64,000 nucleotides of DNA from Vicugna vicugna (Eukaryota). The stretch covers positions 124,001-188,000 of the forward strand of contig MU057776.1 of assembly GCA_013265495.1 (NCBI GenBank), read 5' to 3'. Made by a program: the position numbers and the translations under genes. This document shows, in pieces, positions 11,465 to 25,400 of this stretch; the stretch's first letter is position 1; each line of letters begins with the position of its first letter. The notes beneath the pieces were generated by a model. That model worked only from the letters and a program-made list of their open reading frames with translations, was not told the DNA's origin and searched no databases.

Positions 11465-14400
11465 GAACTCAGTGCCTGGTGTCTTGACAGTCCAACATCC
11501 TTTGTTACTGATATGGCAGGTGACATTCTTTGTCCAAGTACCTCCTCTTTGTCATAAATTCAACCAATGTTTGGGAGGCATTTCATGATCAGTTTTGTCC
11601 TACAGCACTAGGAAGGCTCATTCCTAGATTTGGCAAAGATTCTGTTGATAGTCCATTCAATGTGTTAACTTTGGATCAGGCCCTGTTGATCACCTAAAAT
11701 TCTCTGGATCAGCTGTCTTACTAGTCCAAGAAATGTCCTCCTATTTTGCTTCTTCCCATATCTAGCTTCGCACTATTACAATTATTCTACATAGAGTTTT
11801 ATGTATGTGATCATCTGTCTCAAGACTTTTCATATCATTTTGTCCGAGGCCTAGTTACACATTTGGTAACAACAGTCTTCCAGAACATGCAAGATACAGG
11901 AAATACAGCCAGCAACATCAATAAGGGGCTAGTGCAACAGAAGGAGACACAACCCATAAATGATTTGTAACCAATGACAGCAAATTAAAACGATGATTAG
12001 TAAAATCTAGTTATAATCTGGTCACAATAAACCGTCAAGTTTAGAAGGGAACCAGCTGGAGAAGCCAAATTCTGGGGGGATCGGGCGGAGAGAGAAAGAA
12101 AAATGTCTCATCTTCGTTCACAGAGGTGTACTTTACCACTTGCTGTGCTCATACATAAGAGAAAAGATTTTTCTGGAAAACAAAGATTAAAAGCCAATAT
12201 ATTTCAGAAAAAGCCGTAAAATTACAAATCGTGTCTGTCAGTTCTCTCAGCCCCATGTAGTTAATTCCTTTCGACATGGATGACTTCGTCACGTCTCCCT
12301 TAAAGCCTTGTGATTTCTTACCCAGTTCAGTGATATGACCTAATAACTATCAGAAACTTACACTTGTCAGAAAGTCCTTTTTGTGAATCTTCTTGAAGAT
12401 CTTCATTTTATAAAAGCATCAGAGTAAAACAATGATTATAAATGACAAGACAAAATGACATGGTTAAAGATCTGATTACAATGCGATTGACAAGAAACAT
12501 GGCTATTTCTGTGACATACGACATTTTAAGATCATAGTTAGAATTATGACTGATAACATTATACCAGGGCAATCAGATTGTTTAGGAATTCCATCTTAAT
12601 TTTAGAATATTTATATTAAAGACATTTTCCCATAAAATATACACCTAAGGTTTATCTCCACTCACTTGACAATGCTTCTCAAGTAACTTACCATAGCAGA
12701 AAGCCTAATTAGTTTAACATTTCTCTCTGATTTGCCTCAGGGTTTCTTTGAAGCAAGCACTCTAGAGTTAACTGGAGGTCAAAAGAACTTCAATTAGGAT
12801 TTTGTATGTAACCACTTTTTATGGTTAACCTCTTAAACATACTAATTTTTATAAACTTTTATCTCAATGCTATCAACTTTTATACCTTAAACTTTCGTTT
12901 CCATTAAAACCCTGTCCACAAGTCTTGGTCTTACAGAGAGTCATAGAAATTTTCCTTACTTTTCCTCAGTTTTTATTCAGACCATTTTATCTATTTTGTG
13001 TAAGATGCTCTCGGGCCCCCCAGAGAGGGGCTGAGCCAGAGCCTCAGGCCCTCTCGTCAATCCTTTAACTTGATTAATTGTTGATTAACTGTTGCCCTAA
13101 GTATCTGTTGATCAGTGTAATTTTCTTCCCGTCTTTTAAATAAATAAACAAACATTTTAAACTGGGGTGAATGGATTGGACTTTTTTGGGGCCTCACAAT
13201 GTTGGGGACCAATTGTGGTCCCTCTGGCACACCCAACCTCAGGTAGTGCTGTATCAAACCTTCGATTTAATCCCATTAATGTCCATTTTATTTATCCCAT
13301 TGTTAAATAACTGTCTAGAGTTTTTTTACCCTTTTGGGATGAGTCCCTTTAAAATTTCCACCTTGTTCGGAAAAGTATCTAGACTTTCCTTTCAGTATTT
13401 TTTTCTTATTTACCTGTTAATTAACCTAATTAACATTAATTATTCAAGTGTTTTTATTAGCATCTGTAAGAACTGTTGTGGGATTCAGCGCACCGGTGTG
13501 CGGGTAGTAAAGGAATTTACCAAAGACAAAGGACGAAGGTAGAAAAGGGATTCTTTAGCTGCGCTGCCGGATGGCAGCGGGGCACAGACAGCAGGGCTGT
13601 GTGCCCCGGGGTCCGTATGCCCCGGGGGTCTGTGTGCCCCGGGGGTCTGTTGCTGAGGTCCTTCACAGGAGGGGGACCTTTTACTGCTGTGCTGATGTGA
13701 CATCGGGCACGAGGGGTCGGGGGTGTGAGGCCGGCCGGTGCACATGTCTCTGACTGGCTGGGGTGGAGGTAACAGGGAAGGGAGTGGGGGTGGGGTGAGA
13801 GGGTGGGGCTCCCGGACTCGGGCAGAGGCTGTGACCGGCAGGCTCCCAGCCGCTGCCTAGAGCAGACCATTCTGTAGGGTGGTGCGTTCAGCTGAGGCAG
13901 GTACGTGCTAGGAAAGGAATGTTCTTTGTTATCTTTAAAGGGCAGCAGCCTGACGCCTGGGGGCCTAGGAACAGGAATCTGCCAGGTGTCTGTGGACCCA
14001 CAAGACCCACTGAGGGGAAGGGGAGACCACAAATAAGTCTTCCCAAATAGGTTTTTTTGTTTGTTTGTTTTAAACTAAAGGAGTTGTTAGATTAATATAT
14101 ACACACAAATATCTTTCTCCACCTTCTAATTTGTTTCCCCACCACCACCACGTAGGTACCAATAAACCAGCTGCCTATGATGAGGCCTCTCTGAAAATTT
14201 ACATTAAGAGTTTTTCCAATTTGAAGGATCCATCATCTGGACATTAATTAGATATATCTTCCTAGTGACTCAAACCAGTAAGATGCAAAAGGCACGAGAG
14301 TGTGAAGGATGTAGCCTTCACAAGATCTAGAAAGTTTATCCCCCAAAATAGTGTAAGCAAGTAAAGGCCTTCATGGCCCAGTCTGAGGTAGTGAAGGTTA

Positions 14401-14900
14401 AGGTGGCAAAGAGCCCCTGAGAGTTAGTGCAGTCAGATAAGGGACTGCTCAGAACCCCAGTCTGTTTGACTGGCTGCCAGATGGACACCATACTTGTAGC
14501 TTCTGGATGGCAGAGACCAGGTTCTCAAAACACACACACAGACGCACACACACCCCCTGCTGAAGACCAGGCGGAGCGCTCACATCTCAAAGACACGAAG
14601 TGTGCTCCTCCTAGAAGGGCTTGGTCAGAGTTCTGAAAAGATGTTTTATCAAGCTGGCTTTATTTTACTTCACTACGTAGACAATAAAAGAGCTCCATTT
14701 TAGTCATTTTCAAGGTGAGATTTTCTTTAATTCCCAATTAAGTACTTGCAGTTGTAAGCTTTGTACATACACAGACCTGACTGGGGTGTAAGTCGGAGGC
14801 TGGCAATCTGTCATTCTTTTTTCTTTTGTTTTGAAAGTTTTGCCCCCTGTTCTGAGGTGGGTCAGTAGAGATAATTCAAATGAGTGGGTTTCCCTATAGA
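11465..14900 (-). mobile_element. ERV LTR end plus non-coding internal sequence with nested LTRs
   Basis: 11465-11537 matches the LTR end at 15285-15350 and abuts a polypurine tract (reverse complement AGAGGAGG). AT-rich ERV-internal-like sequence follows. Confidence 0.6.
13475..14000. mobile_element. Solo LTR
   Basis: Homologous to 60563-60990 (shared 'gtctctgactggctg', 'ggg.agtaaa'), TG...CA-like ends. Contains a 3x 'gtgccccgggggtc' microrepeat. Confidence 0.65.
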
Positions 14901-14912
14901 GACGTCTGCAGG

Positions 14913-15350
14913 GTGTCGACTGGAAAGAAAACACCCACACACACAACCTAAAAGTTGAGACTGATGTTTTATTCGGCGGACTTTCTGAGGACTTCAAGCC
15001 TGGGAGACAGGCTCCCGGAATCCTCCTCCAGAGGGGTGGGGGAGGAGCCAGGAGACACAGGAGGTTTTGCAACAAAGACCAGGCAGTCAGAACGTCAAAA
15101 AGTACTGCTAATTAAAGAACGCCGACGTCCAAGGTAAGGAATGTAGCGCTTTTCTGTGTCTGGGGAGAGCCCGGCGTCTGGGCTCCTTGGAACCCTCCCT
15201 TTGATGTCTCCTCCACTATCTAGGACTGGTGTCCTGTCCTCCAGCCTGAGTCCCCTCACGCACATGGTCAGGGGCGGCTGCAGTGCCTGATGGCTTGATG
15301 GCCCCAACATCCTTTGTTTACTGATATGGCAGGGGACACCCTTTGTCCAC
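14913..15350 (-). mobile_element. ERV LTR
   Basis: TGTCGAC...GTCCACA ends. Related copies at 29040-29320 (+) and ~60000-60455 (+). Confidence 0.75.
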
Positions 15351-16829
15351 AGATGATACGTCTGCGTGTTTTCCTGCACTTTAAGTTCCACAGATTACAC
15401 CATGTAGTTCAGATTCATTAAATTCCAATATATATTAGTTACAATAAAAGTACCTTAGAAACGTTGAGGCTTGATACCTGCCTCACTTCATCTTTTCTTT
15501 TGTTCTTTGCGTTTTAATTCTGCTTATGCACCTGGTGTTCATATTCAGCTCATATGTAACTCAAATTTTCCTAATTCATTTTCTGATCTCTCACCTGACA
15601 GCTGAACACTGAGTGAAATACTGTTAACCTGCAAACCTACTTACTGTTCTCTTCCATTACCAATTCCTGGATTCATCCCACACTGATCACAGAACATACT
15701 ATGAGTTATTCAATTTTTTGAGATTGCTCAATATTTGCTTTACACTCAACAAGTGCACAATTGTGAAAGTTCCATGAAGTTTTCAAATACATCATGTTTA
15801 TGATACACACACCCACCTGTGTATGTTGATACCTAGATACTGAACACTGCATTCTGTACGTACATACATAAAATGAAGTGTTGGCAGAGTCAATTAAGTC
15901 AATTATTTTATTATTTTGTTCCAATCTCCTACATTAGTGCTGAATTATCAGGTGCCTTTTCTTTCAGTTTGGCTCTGTCAGCTTCCGACAAGTTTGTGTT
16001 GAGTAAAATCCGTGTTAAATCGCTGCAGCTATGGTTTTGCTCTTCGTAGTTCTGTCCCTTTTAGTGTGTTTGTGTGGAAGGTACAGACCTCGACTCGCAC
16101 TTCATCAATTCAGTCACTGCAGCCACGAAGCTTGGGGATTATACTCCCCTTGTTCTACCTTCTCACAGTTTGTCTGCTGCTGCATTTTATCCTCTATTGT
16201 TCAACATGATTTTAACTTACTTCTGCACATTCATACCCCCAGGGGAAGCCAGAGCAGTGCAGGAACAGAATCCTCCTTCTGGCTGCTAAGCTGTGGGTTC
16301 GCATCCCGCATCCCGGCTTTGCCTCGGGTTTGGAGTCGGTGGAGGAAAGCCCTTCCCGCAGCACATTTTTGGCTGCTGCAGAGCTGCCAGCATGCAAACA
16401 CATTTCAAGGCGCTGCTTGCTGCACATCTGTTGAGTTTCCACTGGCCCAGGACGTCCCGCAGCGCGGCGTCAAGTCCAGGGCGGAGCGTGTGGCAAGCTC
16501 TGATGGCTCAGCAGCACACTCAAGCACCTGGTGTCCTCCTGCCCTTCGTCCCAGGGCCCTGTGGTCACCCTGAGGGTACCCTGCTGCCATGTGAGCCTCG
16601 CAGAGTGGGTCCATTGTTATTCCCGCTGGGACCCCTGCAGGAATGGTGCCAGTCTGGGACCAAGGTGCATGTGGTCAGGGTCCAGCCACCCACGTCCAGC
16701 AGCCTCCAGCCAGGGTGCTCCAGCAGGTGCATCTTTGGGCCCTGGGGTGGGCCCTGAGCACCCCTGGGTGCCCTGCCAGACCGGCTGTCAGTGGATAAAC
16801 AGACCCCCTCCACTGGAAAGCACACCAAA

Positions 16830-17339
16830 TGTGTGGGTCCTTGCTGCTGGATGAGAAAGAATTCTCAGCAGAGGCAGAGGGACAAAGTGAAAAGCTGCTT
16901 TATTGCTCAAAAGAGGAAAATGGAAGGAAAGTGCTTGAGTGGGAGCCGTCAGCCAAGACCGATGGTCAAGAGGGCTCCAGCTCCGAGTCGGGCCACGGGG
17001 GCTTTATGGGAAGCATCTGTCATCACGTCCTCCTTCCAGGTGTGATGGAGTCAGTCAGTCCTTGTTCGGGCTTTTCTGGTGGTTGCCATGGCAATTGTCA
17101 GCTGTCATGGCGCTGAGGGGAGTGTGTCACTTAGCAGCTAACACATCACAATGAGCGTATATGAGGCTCAAGGTCCACTGGAGGTCAGATCCTCCACCAT
17201 CTTGGGACCAGTTGGTTCTAACTAGTTCTTGTTTCTTCTTTGCAGCTGCCTCCTGAGACTTAATTAGGAGTAATTGGTTTCCATCCAAGGGAGGGGCAGG
17301 GGCATGATCCTGGGGCAATGGCCTTGGTCATGGCAACGG
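16830..17339 (-). mobile_element. Solo LTR
   Basis: High similarity to the inverted copy at 57273-57744; AATAAA on the - strand. Confidence 0.8.
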
Positions 17340-19545
17340 AAATGAAGTCACACAACGTGAGAGCTGTGGGCTAAGTTTTGTCTGGGGCAAGATGAGGACT
17401 ACAGCCCGGGAGACAGCATCTCAGGAAGCGCCAAGAACCTGTTCCAAAGAGGCCTGGGGAGAACCGGTGTCACATGTGACTTCAGCGAAGGGGACGCGCA
17501 GCCGAGCACACCCGGGGGCAGAGGCTGCTGCTGGGCACGAGGAGCAGGTGTCCCCTTAATGATTTCAGTGCTTCTCTAGATATGGGGAGATGCAAGTATT
17601 GGGCTCCTAAAATCTCTTGAAAATGCCTGACTATCTGAAGGCCTGTTCAGCCCATTGTCGCAGAGCGCAGAGCGCCTCATTCCTGGTCCCAGCCTGCACT
17701 CTTCCCCGAGCGCGCTGGGGGTTGGCGGCCGCAGCGGCTCGTGACTTAACCCAAGCGGAGGCAGCCGGCGAGGGCCGACTTTCAGTTATCGATAACAAAA
17801 GGAAAGTTGCTTTTAGTTAGAATGCTGGCAATCGGTGGATTCAGTGTCCCCCCAAAAACCATCTCCCGAGATGCCACCCTGTCACAAAGGCTTCAAAGGG
17901 AACTGGAAAGTAGCCTCAGTTGTCACTGAGGTGGGGGTCAGAGTCGTGGCCACCCCCGCTGCGTGCGGGCTTGTCGACTCCTTGCGAATGTTCCTCAGAC
18001 GCTGTCTTGCTCACACGCATGTTCAAGGGAGGACCGAGGGAAGGCCAGGGAAGAGGGCTGGTCACCGGGTAGGTGCCTTTCCCCCGGAGCAGCTGTGGTG
18101 TCTGTGGGACAGCTCAGGGGTGTGTGTCAGTCACCGGGTCTGCGCCTCTGCTGTGCTAACCGCCTGCCTCAGCTGCTCTTTCATGGCTCAGGGAGGCCCG
18201 GGAGGCCGGGGGTGGGGGGCAGGCTGCCCGGTTCCGCTGCTTTCCCAGGAGGCTCTCTGCCCACACGTCATGGGCTGCTGCCTGTGGAGCCTCCAGGTCC
18301 ACTTGGGCGGGGTCCAGACCGCCCTCTTCAGGCCACTGTGTCCTTTGTGTAGATGTGGAACTGAGTGGGACCCCGTGGGTTCCTGTGTCAAGTTTGTCAT
18401 TAACCTCTCTAGCCAAAACTTTATTCCTTTTTTATTCTACCCCTTTTCCTCCTCAGGATTGAGGAGCAGCAAAGAAAAGGGGGGAGTTGGAACCGAGCAG
18501 GACCCTGCAGCCCCTCAAGCCCTGCCTCTTGTTGGTGGAAAAGCCGATGCCCCACCCACTCCGGCTCCCTGAGTCACAGACGAGCAGCTCGAGCTGCCGA
18601 CGGTCAGGAGAGGAGTCGTGGCCTCGTGTCTGCCGCTCACCCCTGAGCAGCTTTGCAGACACTGTGACTGACCAGGGGAAAGGCCACCTGCACGGCGAGA
18701 GAGGCTGCCCCATCTTGAGCAGCACCGAATCTGTGCCGAGCACAAGTCCAGGAACTGGCTTTGAGAGAATGGGGTCACCACTGCTGCTTACCATGAGCTG
18801 TATCTGAGGGGCATCAACGTAAGTGTAGCCTGTTCCGCCCACGTATGTAAGCGGGCAATTAAAACTGTCAGCAAAGAGGTGCTTCAACCCATGTCGACAT
18901 CTTTCGCCCTAAGACCGCGACACCTTTTCTCAGGACGAAGCAGTTACAGAAGACGGAACTTGGTCCCCAGTCCTACAGGAATGGAACGATGTTCTGATGG
19001 CATGGGCGGGGGAGGAGGGGAGGATTTGTAAGCAGTTCTTTGCAGGAAACTGCCCTCAGCAGGAGACTCCTTTCCCCACACTGTAACTAACTTTTAAATC
19101 AGGCAGCCCCATGCTTTTCAGATCTTTGATTACAGATCACCCTGCCTGGCCTGCTGGTTTTCTCCGCAGATCTGAGTAGGAGGGGAAAGAAGCGGCTAAC
19201 AGATGAGCACAACTTCTCCAGCTTCCCCTTCAGTCAGTTCATGAGCAAACTGTGTGAACAAGACAGCGTCTAACGAAGGGCCTCGAGAAGTCGACACGCC
19301 TGCACGTGGTGGGGGGCGGTGACGACTCTGACCCCCGGCTCAGTGATCAGTGAGGCCGCTTCCCCCTTTCCCTTTAGAACTTCCATGGCTGAGCACAAAA
19401 TTTGGAGATGGTTTTGGGGGACACTGAGTCCACCATCTCCCCAGGTTGCTGGCATTCTGATTAAAGGGAACTTTCCTTTCTACCAACATTGCCTCTCTCA
19501 AGTGTTAATTTCTGAGCAGCAAGCTGCCCACCCCCAGCTCCATAA
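17340..19545. mobile_element. Cluster of adjacent or nested LTRs and an ERV 3' end
   Basis: LTR-like blocks at 17340-17795, 17795-18420 (-) and ~19027-19545 (+), the last preceded by the purine tract 'gggggaggaggggagg'. Motifs shared with 47385-47945 and 56880-57270. Confidence 0.6.
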
Positions 19546-21548
19546 CAGACAGAAGTTTATCTCATGGAAGTGAGGTGGGGAATCAGTCAAACATAAAATC
19601 GCTGGGGGGACAGAGAAGGGTCTTCTAAAGACAGAGAGTTTTGTTGTGACTTTCGCTGTGGTGGATGGATTGAGTTGAGTGATTTTTTCCTTTGTCCCAT
19701 CTGTCACCGTTGCACAGATCAGCTACTCCTAAGTCAACAGGAAAACCACACGACGGGAAGAATTCCTGTGGTGTCTCCAGATGGGAAAGCAGTGGGCACC
19801 CAGGACGCGGCATCTGAGGAGCGGCTGCATTAGGGGAGCAGCTCGGTCCCGACTGGGGCGGGGCAGCAGGGGCCGCTGACCCCAAGAGCCTCGGACAGGA
19901 CTGGCGGGGCCTGGGGGAGACCAAGGGGCAAGCCTGGGAGGGACCAGGTGCCACGACAACCCCTGCTCTCACCCCTGCCCCGTCTGCGCACCCAGGACTG
20001 AGGACCGGGGCAGCACTCGTGGGGACGGGGCGTCCCGGCAGCACGCCCAGTCAGGCTGGACTTGGTGCGGAAAGGGCTTGTGCTGTGGACTAGCACACAG
20101 TGGCCTCCATCAGTGGTGAGGGAAATGAGGGCCAACATTTGAACTGCTCCAACCTTGAAGGCAGTGGGGTGCTTCAGCCACCCTCCTGGTGGGATCTGAT
20201 CCCAGTGGGAAGGAGGACCCGCCGGGATCACAGTCCACGAGGGATGGAGCAGCGGTACCTCGGAGGGAGGGAGGGAAGGCCTGGGCTTCTGTTGCTCCCC
20301 GACACTCCTGCCCACGTGTGGAGCTCAGGGCATCCTGGCTGTGTGTTCTCGGGGAGTAGGTGGGGACTCATATTGCCAAATTTGGGGGTGCTTCCCATTC
20401 TGTCTGGGCCTTGTGTGTGGTGAGGCCTTTCAGATGGCTGCTCTCTGGCTCTTGGAACCTCCCTGCTCGACCAGTTCTGCCTCACCTACGCACTCACCCC
20501 ACTGACCTCCCCTCTGAGTCACAGATCCCAATCAGTAAATGCCTGCCCACCCCCGGCCCCGGCTGGTGGCTGCTCTGACCTGCAGATCAGAACTATCTCC
20601 TCGTGATGGTTTATCAAAGGGGCGGTGGGGGCACGCCCCTCTGCTGGCGTCCCTGGTCACCGGTCAGCCAGCCTGACCTCTCAGCCCTGTAACTGGTAAC
20701 CTCTTCCCCACCGCCCGGCCCCGTAGTGACCACTGACACGTCCCGACCGCCGTCTGCCGCACACGGTGGGGTGTCGCTCCAGGGCCTTGCCTCAGACACA
20801 CAAGATCCCTGTCTGTTAAACCGCCGATGATTCTGTCGCTGACTCCGGGCTCTTCCTTCCGTCCTGAGGCGGCCCTGCGGGGCGCGGCCCCGCACCTTGT
20901 CGTGAAGCTGGCGCCTGGCCTCCTCTCCTCCTGAGCTCTGGCTGAGCTGATGTGACCAGACACCACGGGGCCTGGGTGTGAACTTGCTCTTCTCCCTGGG
21001 GCTCCAGCACCAGCAGCCAAGCGCCCCCTGTGGTCCTGAGTGGAGGTGGAGACCTCAGGCTGGCACTGGGGAGCACGCAGCCCAGACGCCCCAGCTCTGC
21101 TGGGCTCGGCTGAGCGGCCACGCGGGGCAGTCAGGGCCCAGAGGGCGGAAGGCAGACCTAGTGCGGTCGGTTTCTGCCGACCCTCCCGCTGGCTGTCCTC
21201 CCAGGTGCACCCAAAGTCTGGAAAATTAGCTAAAAGGAAAAGACACTTAGCTGTATACTTTAATAAGTTTAAAATGGTAAATTTTATGTTACATACACTT
21301 TACCACATTAAAAAAATTTTAAGTTGATTCTAGCACCTTTGACAGTTTATTCATTGATTTTGTGGGGGGAGACTTTCAGAGCCCTTTTACCTGTGTGATT
21401 TAATTGTAACGACAGCTGCGCTTCACAACGGGCATCAAAACTCCTTGGATCTTGAGGGTCAGCCCCTAAAAGGTGGTGTGTCCGCAGCAGGACTTCTGCC
21501 TGGAAAGTGCATTTTACTCAAAGAGCAGCACGTGAAGATCTTTGTGTT

Positions 21549-22196
21549 CCCCGCAGCCCGGGCGGGAGCAGGGCACAGGCACTGGGAAGCCCCGGTGGTG
21601 ACTCGGGGTCAGGACAGCCTTGCCTGTTTGACCTGGGATGTTCCACTTCCATCCTCAAAGGCCCAGCTGCTCGGGGCACCCCAGCCTCCCTCTGGGTGGG
21701 CCTGACACAACCCTCCTGTGGCAGACAGTTCCGCCGCCAGCTCCCCAGGCAGCCCGTGTCCAGCGTTAGAGGTAGGCAGGAAAGACCACCTCCACCAGAT
21801 CCCTGTCCACACGCCCAGCCCCGGGGCCGGGCTGGTGTCCGTCTGGCACAGCAGCTGCGCTTGGACTCCCACGGGCTGATCGGCCGCCATCCACCGCGCC
21901 CGACAGGACTGTCTGGGTCTGGGCTCAGACTGGTCAGTGACATGGAGGAGTGTGTCGGGGGCACCCCGCTCCCACTGGGCTTTGAGGTGGCGCGATTGCT
22001 GCTCCCTCCCAGGGTGGGATATGGTTCTGGTATTTCCCCTGCTAGGGTGGGTGTTGGGGCGCAATTCCAGACGTCCCCACCAGCCAGCCCCACGACCCTG
22101 GCTCTCACCCAGAAGCCACGGGCCCAGGGTGCGGACGTGCAGACCTCCCCGGACGTGTCCTCCCGTCCCACCCCCGCAGTGGAGATGCCAGCTGGA
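21549..22196 (+). repeat. 648-bp direct duplication, copy 1
   Basis: Near-identical to 34398-35045. Confidence 0.95.
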
Positions 22197-22479
22197 CTTG
22201 GCCAGGGCTCTGTGCCTCGCTCAGCCCCATGTGCCTCACACAGTCACCAACATTCTGCATTTTGTCGTCTGTCATTCTTTTTGTCCTTCTTTTCCTTTAT
22301 GTTATTGTTTTTAACACTAAAAAGCTGGCATTCATCTTCACTGATAGCTGCTCAGTGTTGAAGCAGGAGGGCCCAGTCAGCTGACACACTTTTCACGGTG
22401 GAGAGCGTCTCTGTGTTGCAGTCAGCTCCTATCAATGTGCTGGGGTTGGTCTTTCAATTACTAGGCGTTTGTGTGCCAG

Positions 22480-25400
22480 TCTGAAAAACCACATAGAAAT
22501 TTGGGGGGAGGGGTGGGGAATTCCAAAGGCCCATCCCTCCACAAAAGCAGGGAAAAAACTTGCAAAAATGATCAGAATCAACATTTTCAGACTCTGGAAA
22601 GTGACAAAAAGCTTACAGAAATCAGAGGACAGCTTAATCAAGAGAAAATAGTGGGATTTCAGCACAGAGCTTTGTGGCATCTTGGTTTCCCTGGTTCCAG
22701 CCCTAACCTCCAAGCTCCACGGCAGAACAGCACTCAGGGCCAGCTGCTGTCACTCGAAAGTCAATGTTCTACAGAGAAGGGCTCTTTATTCAGGAGACCG
22801 GCAACCTGGGGGAATGCAGACTATTGTCCCCCAAACTATCTCGGAGTTGCTGATGAGGGACGAGAGCTGTTAGAGGGGAGTTTCCTGGGTGCCAGGGCTA
22901 CACGCAGAAGCGCACGGGCAGCTCCCACAGTGTCCTGAAGCTGGCTTGGGGCGGTCTGGTCGGCATCGTCTGGAGTGTTTTAAGCGCAGTTATCTTCAGC
23001 TCCAGGGTCAGTTTATCCCTGTTTTCTTGAGGCCAGTTCTTCAACTGTGTAAGACGGAGCAGCTGATGCCGTGGCTGTAGCCTGGCCACCACGCAGGAGC
23101 TCCTTCGCTCTGGCAGGGGCTTAGTGTTTGCAAAACAGCTCTGGAAAGGGCATGAGATACTGTTATCTGAGTCCTTCAGGGAAGAACTGTGGCCTCTGTC
23201 ACGGCTGGACGGCTGATTTGCCATTTCGACTGGAACCAGTTCTCCTGGCCCAACTGCTCTGTTTTCACTACATGTTCACATCTTTTCAATCCTTAATTCC
23301 TGAACCAGGCTCCTGTGACTCAGGGGAGGCCCTAGGAGACACGAGCCTTTTTCTACAAACAAGAAACAGAGGACATGGAGGGGCTTTTGTGCCTGGGATA
23401 GCCCCACAGGGTCCTGCTTGGTTTAGTGACCAAGAGGGTTTTATCCCAGAAATGCACGCACGGCTTAAGAATAAAAATCAATCAGTATAATTAATGCACA
23501 GTATTAATAAAATGAAGAAAAAATATAATCACACCATTTGGTTATCTCAACTGCTCCAGAAAAAGCATCAGACAAAACCCAACAACATTTCATGATAAAA
23601 ACATTCAAAAAAAACACTTCCTCAGCCTGATAAAGGGCATCCATGGAGAAGGGTCAGCTCACGCTGCGGTGAAAGGCGAAGACTGCAAGCTGCCCCAAGA
23701 GCAAGAACCAGACAAAGACGTCTGCCTGGATCCAGCCTCCAGGAGGTTCTACCCAGGGAAATGAGACAGAAGATGGAAAGGGGAGCTTCCAGGCCGGAAA
23801 GGGAGAGTCTTGTGCAGACGGTGTGACTGTGAGTGTGGAAAACCCTAAGGAAACAGAGGAAGATCTACTGGCGGGGTTAGCAAAGCTGCAGGCGGCAGAC
23901 CAACATGAACAGCCACCAGCAACAGTCAGTCCGACCACGCCGTAGACGAAGTAGCCCGTTTACCGTCGTACTGCAAACTGCTTAGTGAAAGACTTAACCA
24001 AACAGCTGCGAGACTTGTACGCTGAGAACGACAGAACTTGGCCGAAAGGAAAGAAAGAAGCCTAAGTAAGTGAACAGACATCTACGCCCGGAACTGAATT
24101 CTTAGGCGACACCCCACAGACTGACCTACATTTCAATACGGTCACTACCGGAATTCCCACTGCTGCCCCCTCCCAGAAAGGGACAGGCTGACCCCCAAAT
24201 CCACACGGGACTGTGAGGCCAGAACAGCCTTGTGGAAGGAGAACACAGGGCTCGCTCACCCTGATTTCCATGCCACAAAGCGCAGTGACAGGCAGGTGGG
24301 CTGGTCGCAGGGTGGACATGGAGACCAACGGAGCAGAAGTCGGAGTCCAGTCACACACCTGCACATCTGTGGTCCTCGGAGCCAACACAGTGCCACGCCC
24401 TTTCAACCAGCAGAGACGCTGGGTCTCCACATGGGAAGGAAGGAAGTTGGACCCTTACCTGAAAAATTGTACAAAAATTAACTCAAACTGGCTGTAGGAT
24501 CTAGTGTAAAACACAACCCTACAGAACAATTGGAAGGAAATGTAGGTGCAAATCTTTGTGACCTTGGACAGGCAAGGATTTCTTAAATATGATACAAGTA
24601 ACAGAAGACGACACTGATAAATTGCAGTTTGGCAAATGCAAACGTTTGTGCCTCAAAGGACACCCTCAAGAAAGTGAAAAGACAACCAAAAAGTGGGAGA
24701 AAGTCTGCAATTCTTGTACCGGACAAGGGACTGCTGTTCAGAACGCAGACCAGTCACAGTTTGACAACAGCAAGGCAACAGCCAACGAGCAAAGGGACAA
24801 AGGCCTTGTGGGGACTTTCTCCAGAGACACACGACAGGGACACAGGAAACACACATCAAACCGCAGCAGGCAGACCGGCTGCGACTGCTATCGAGGTGGA
24901 AACAGGAGTTGGAGAGGGAAGGCAGGTGCACAGCTCATCTGATGCTGGAGTGTAAAACAGCGTGTCTGCAACGGTTGAACACTGCATTACGACGCGGCCC
25001 AGGAGTCCCCCTCCTGGGCGCAAACTGACAAGAATTAAGTGTGTGTTCACACAAAAACTTGCACGCACGGGTTTCTAAGCATTCTTCATAAAAGCCAAGA
25101 AACTAGAACAAGCCAAATGTCTATAAATTGATGACAAAAAACACAAAATTGGGTACGGGTACAACACTAATCAGCCAGGAAGGAATGCAGCTCCGACGCA
25201 CCCCACAACACGGATGAGCCCATGACATGGATGAGCCCACGACACGGATGAGCCCACGACACGGATGAGCCCACGACGTGGATGAGCCCACGACACGGAT
25301 GAGCCCACGACACGGATGAACCCACGACACGGATGAGCCCATGACGTGGATGAGCCCATGACGTGGATGAGCCCACGACACAGACAACGTCATGCCCAGT

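Noticed and set aside
15400..16450. Possible processed pseudogene
   Set aside because: No recognisable protein; A-rich on the - strand and more consistent with a very old L1 fragment. Left unannotated.
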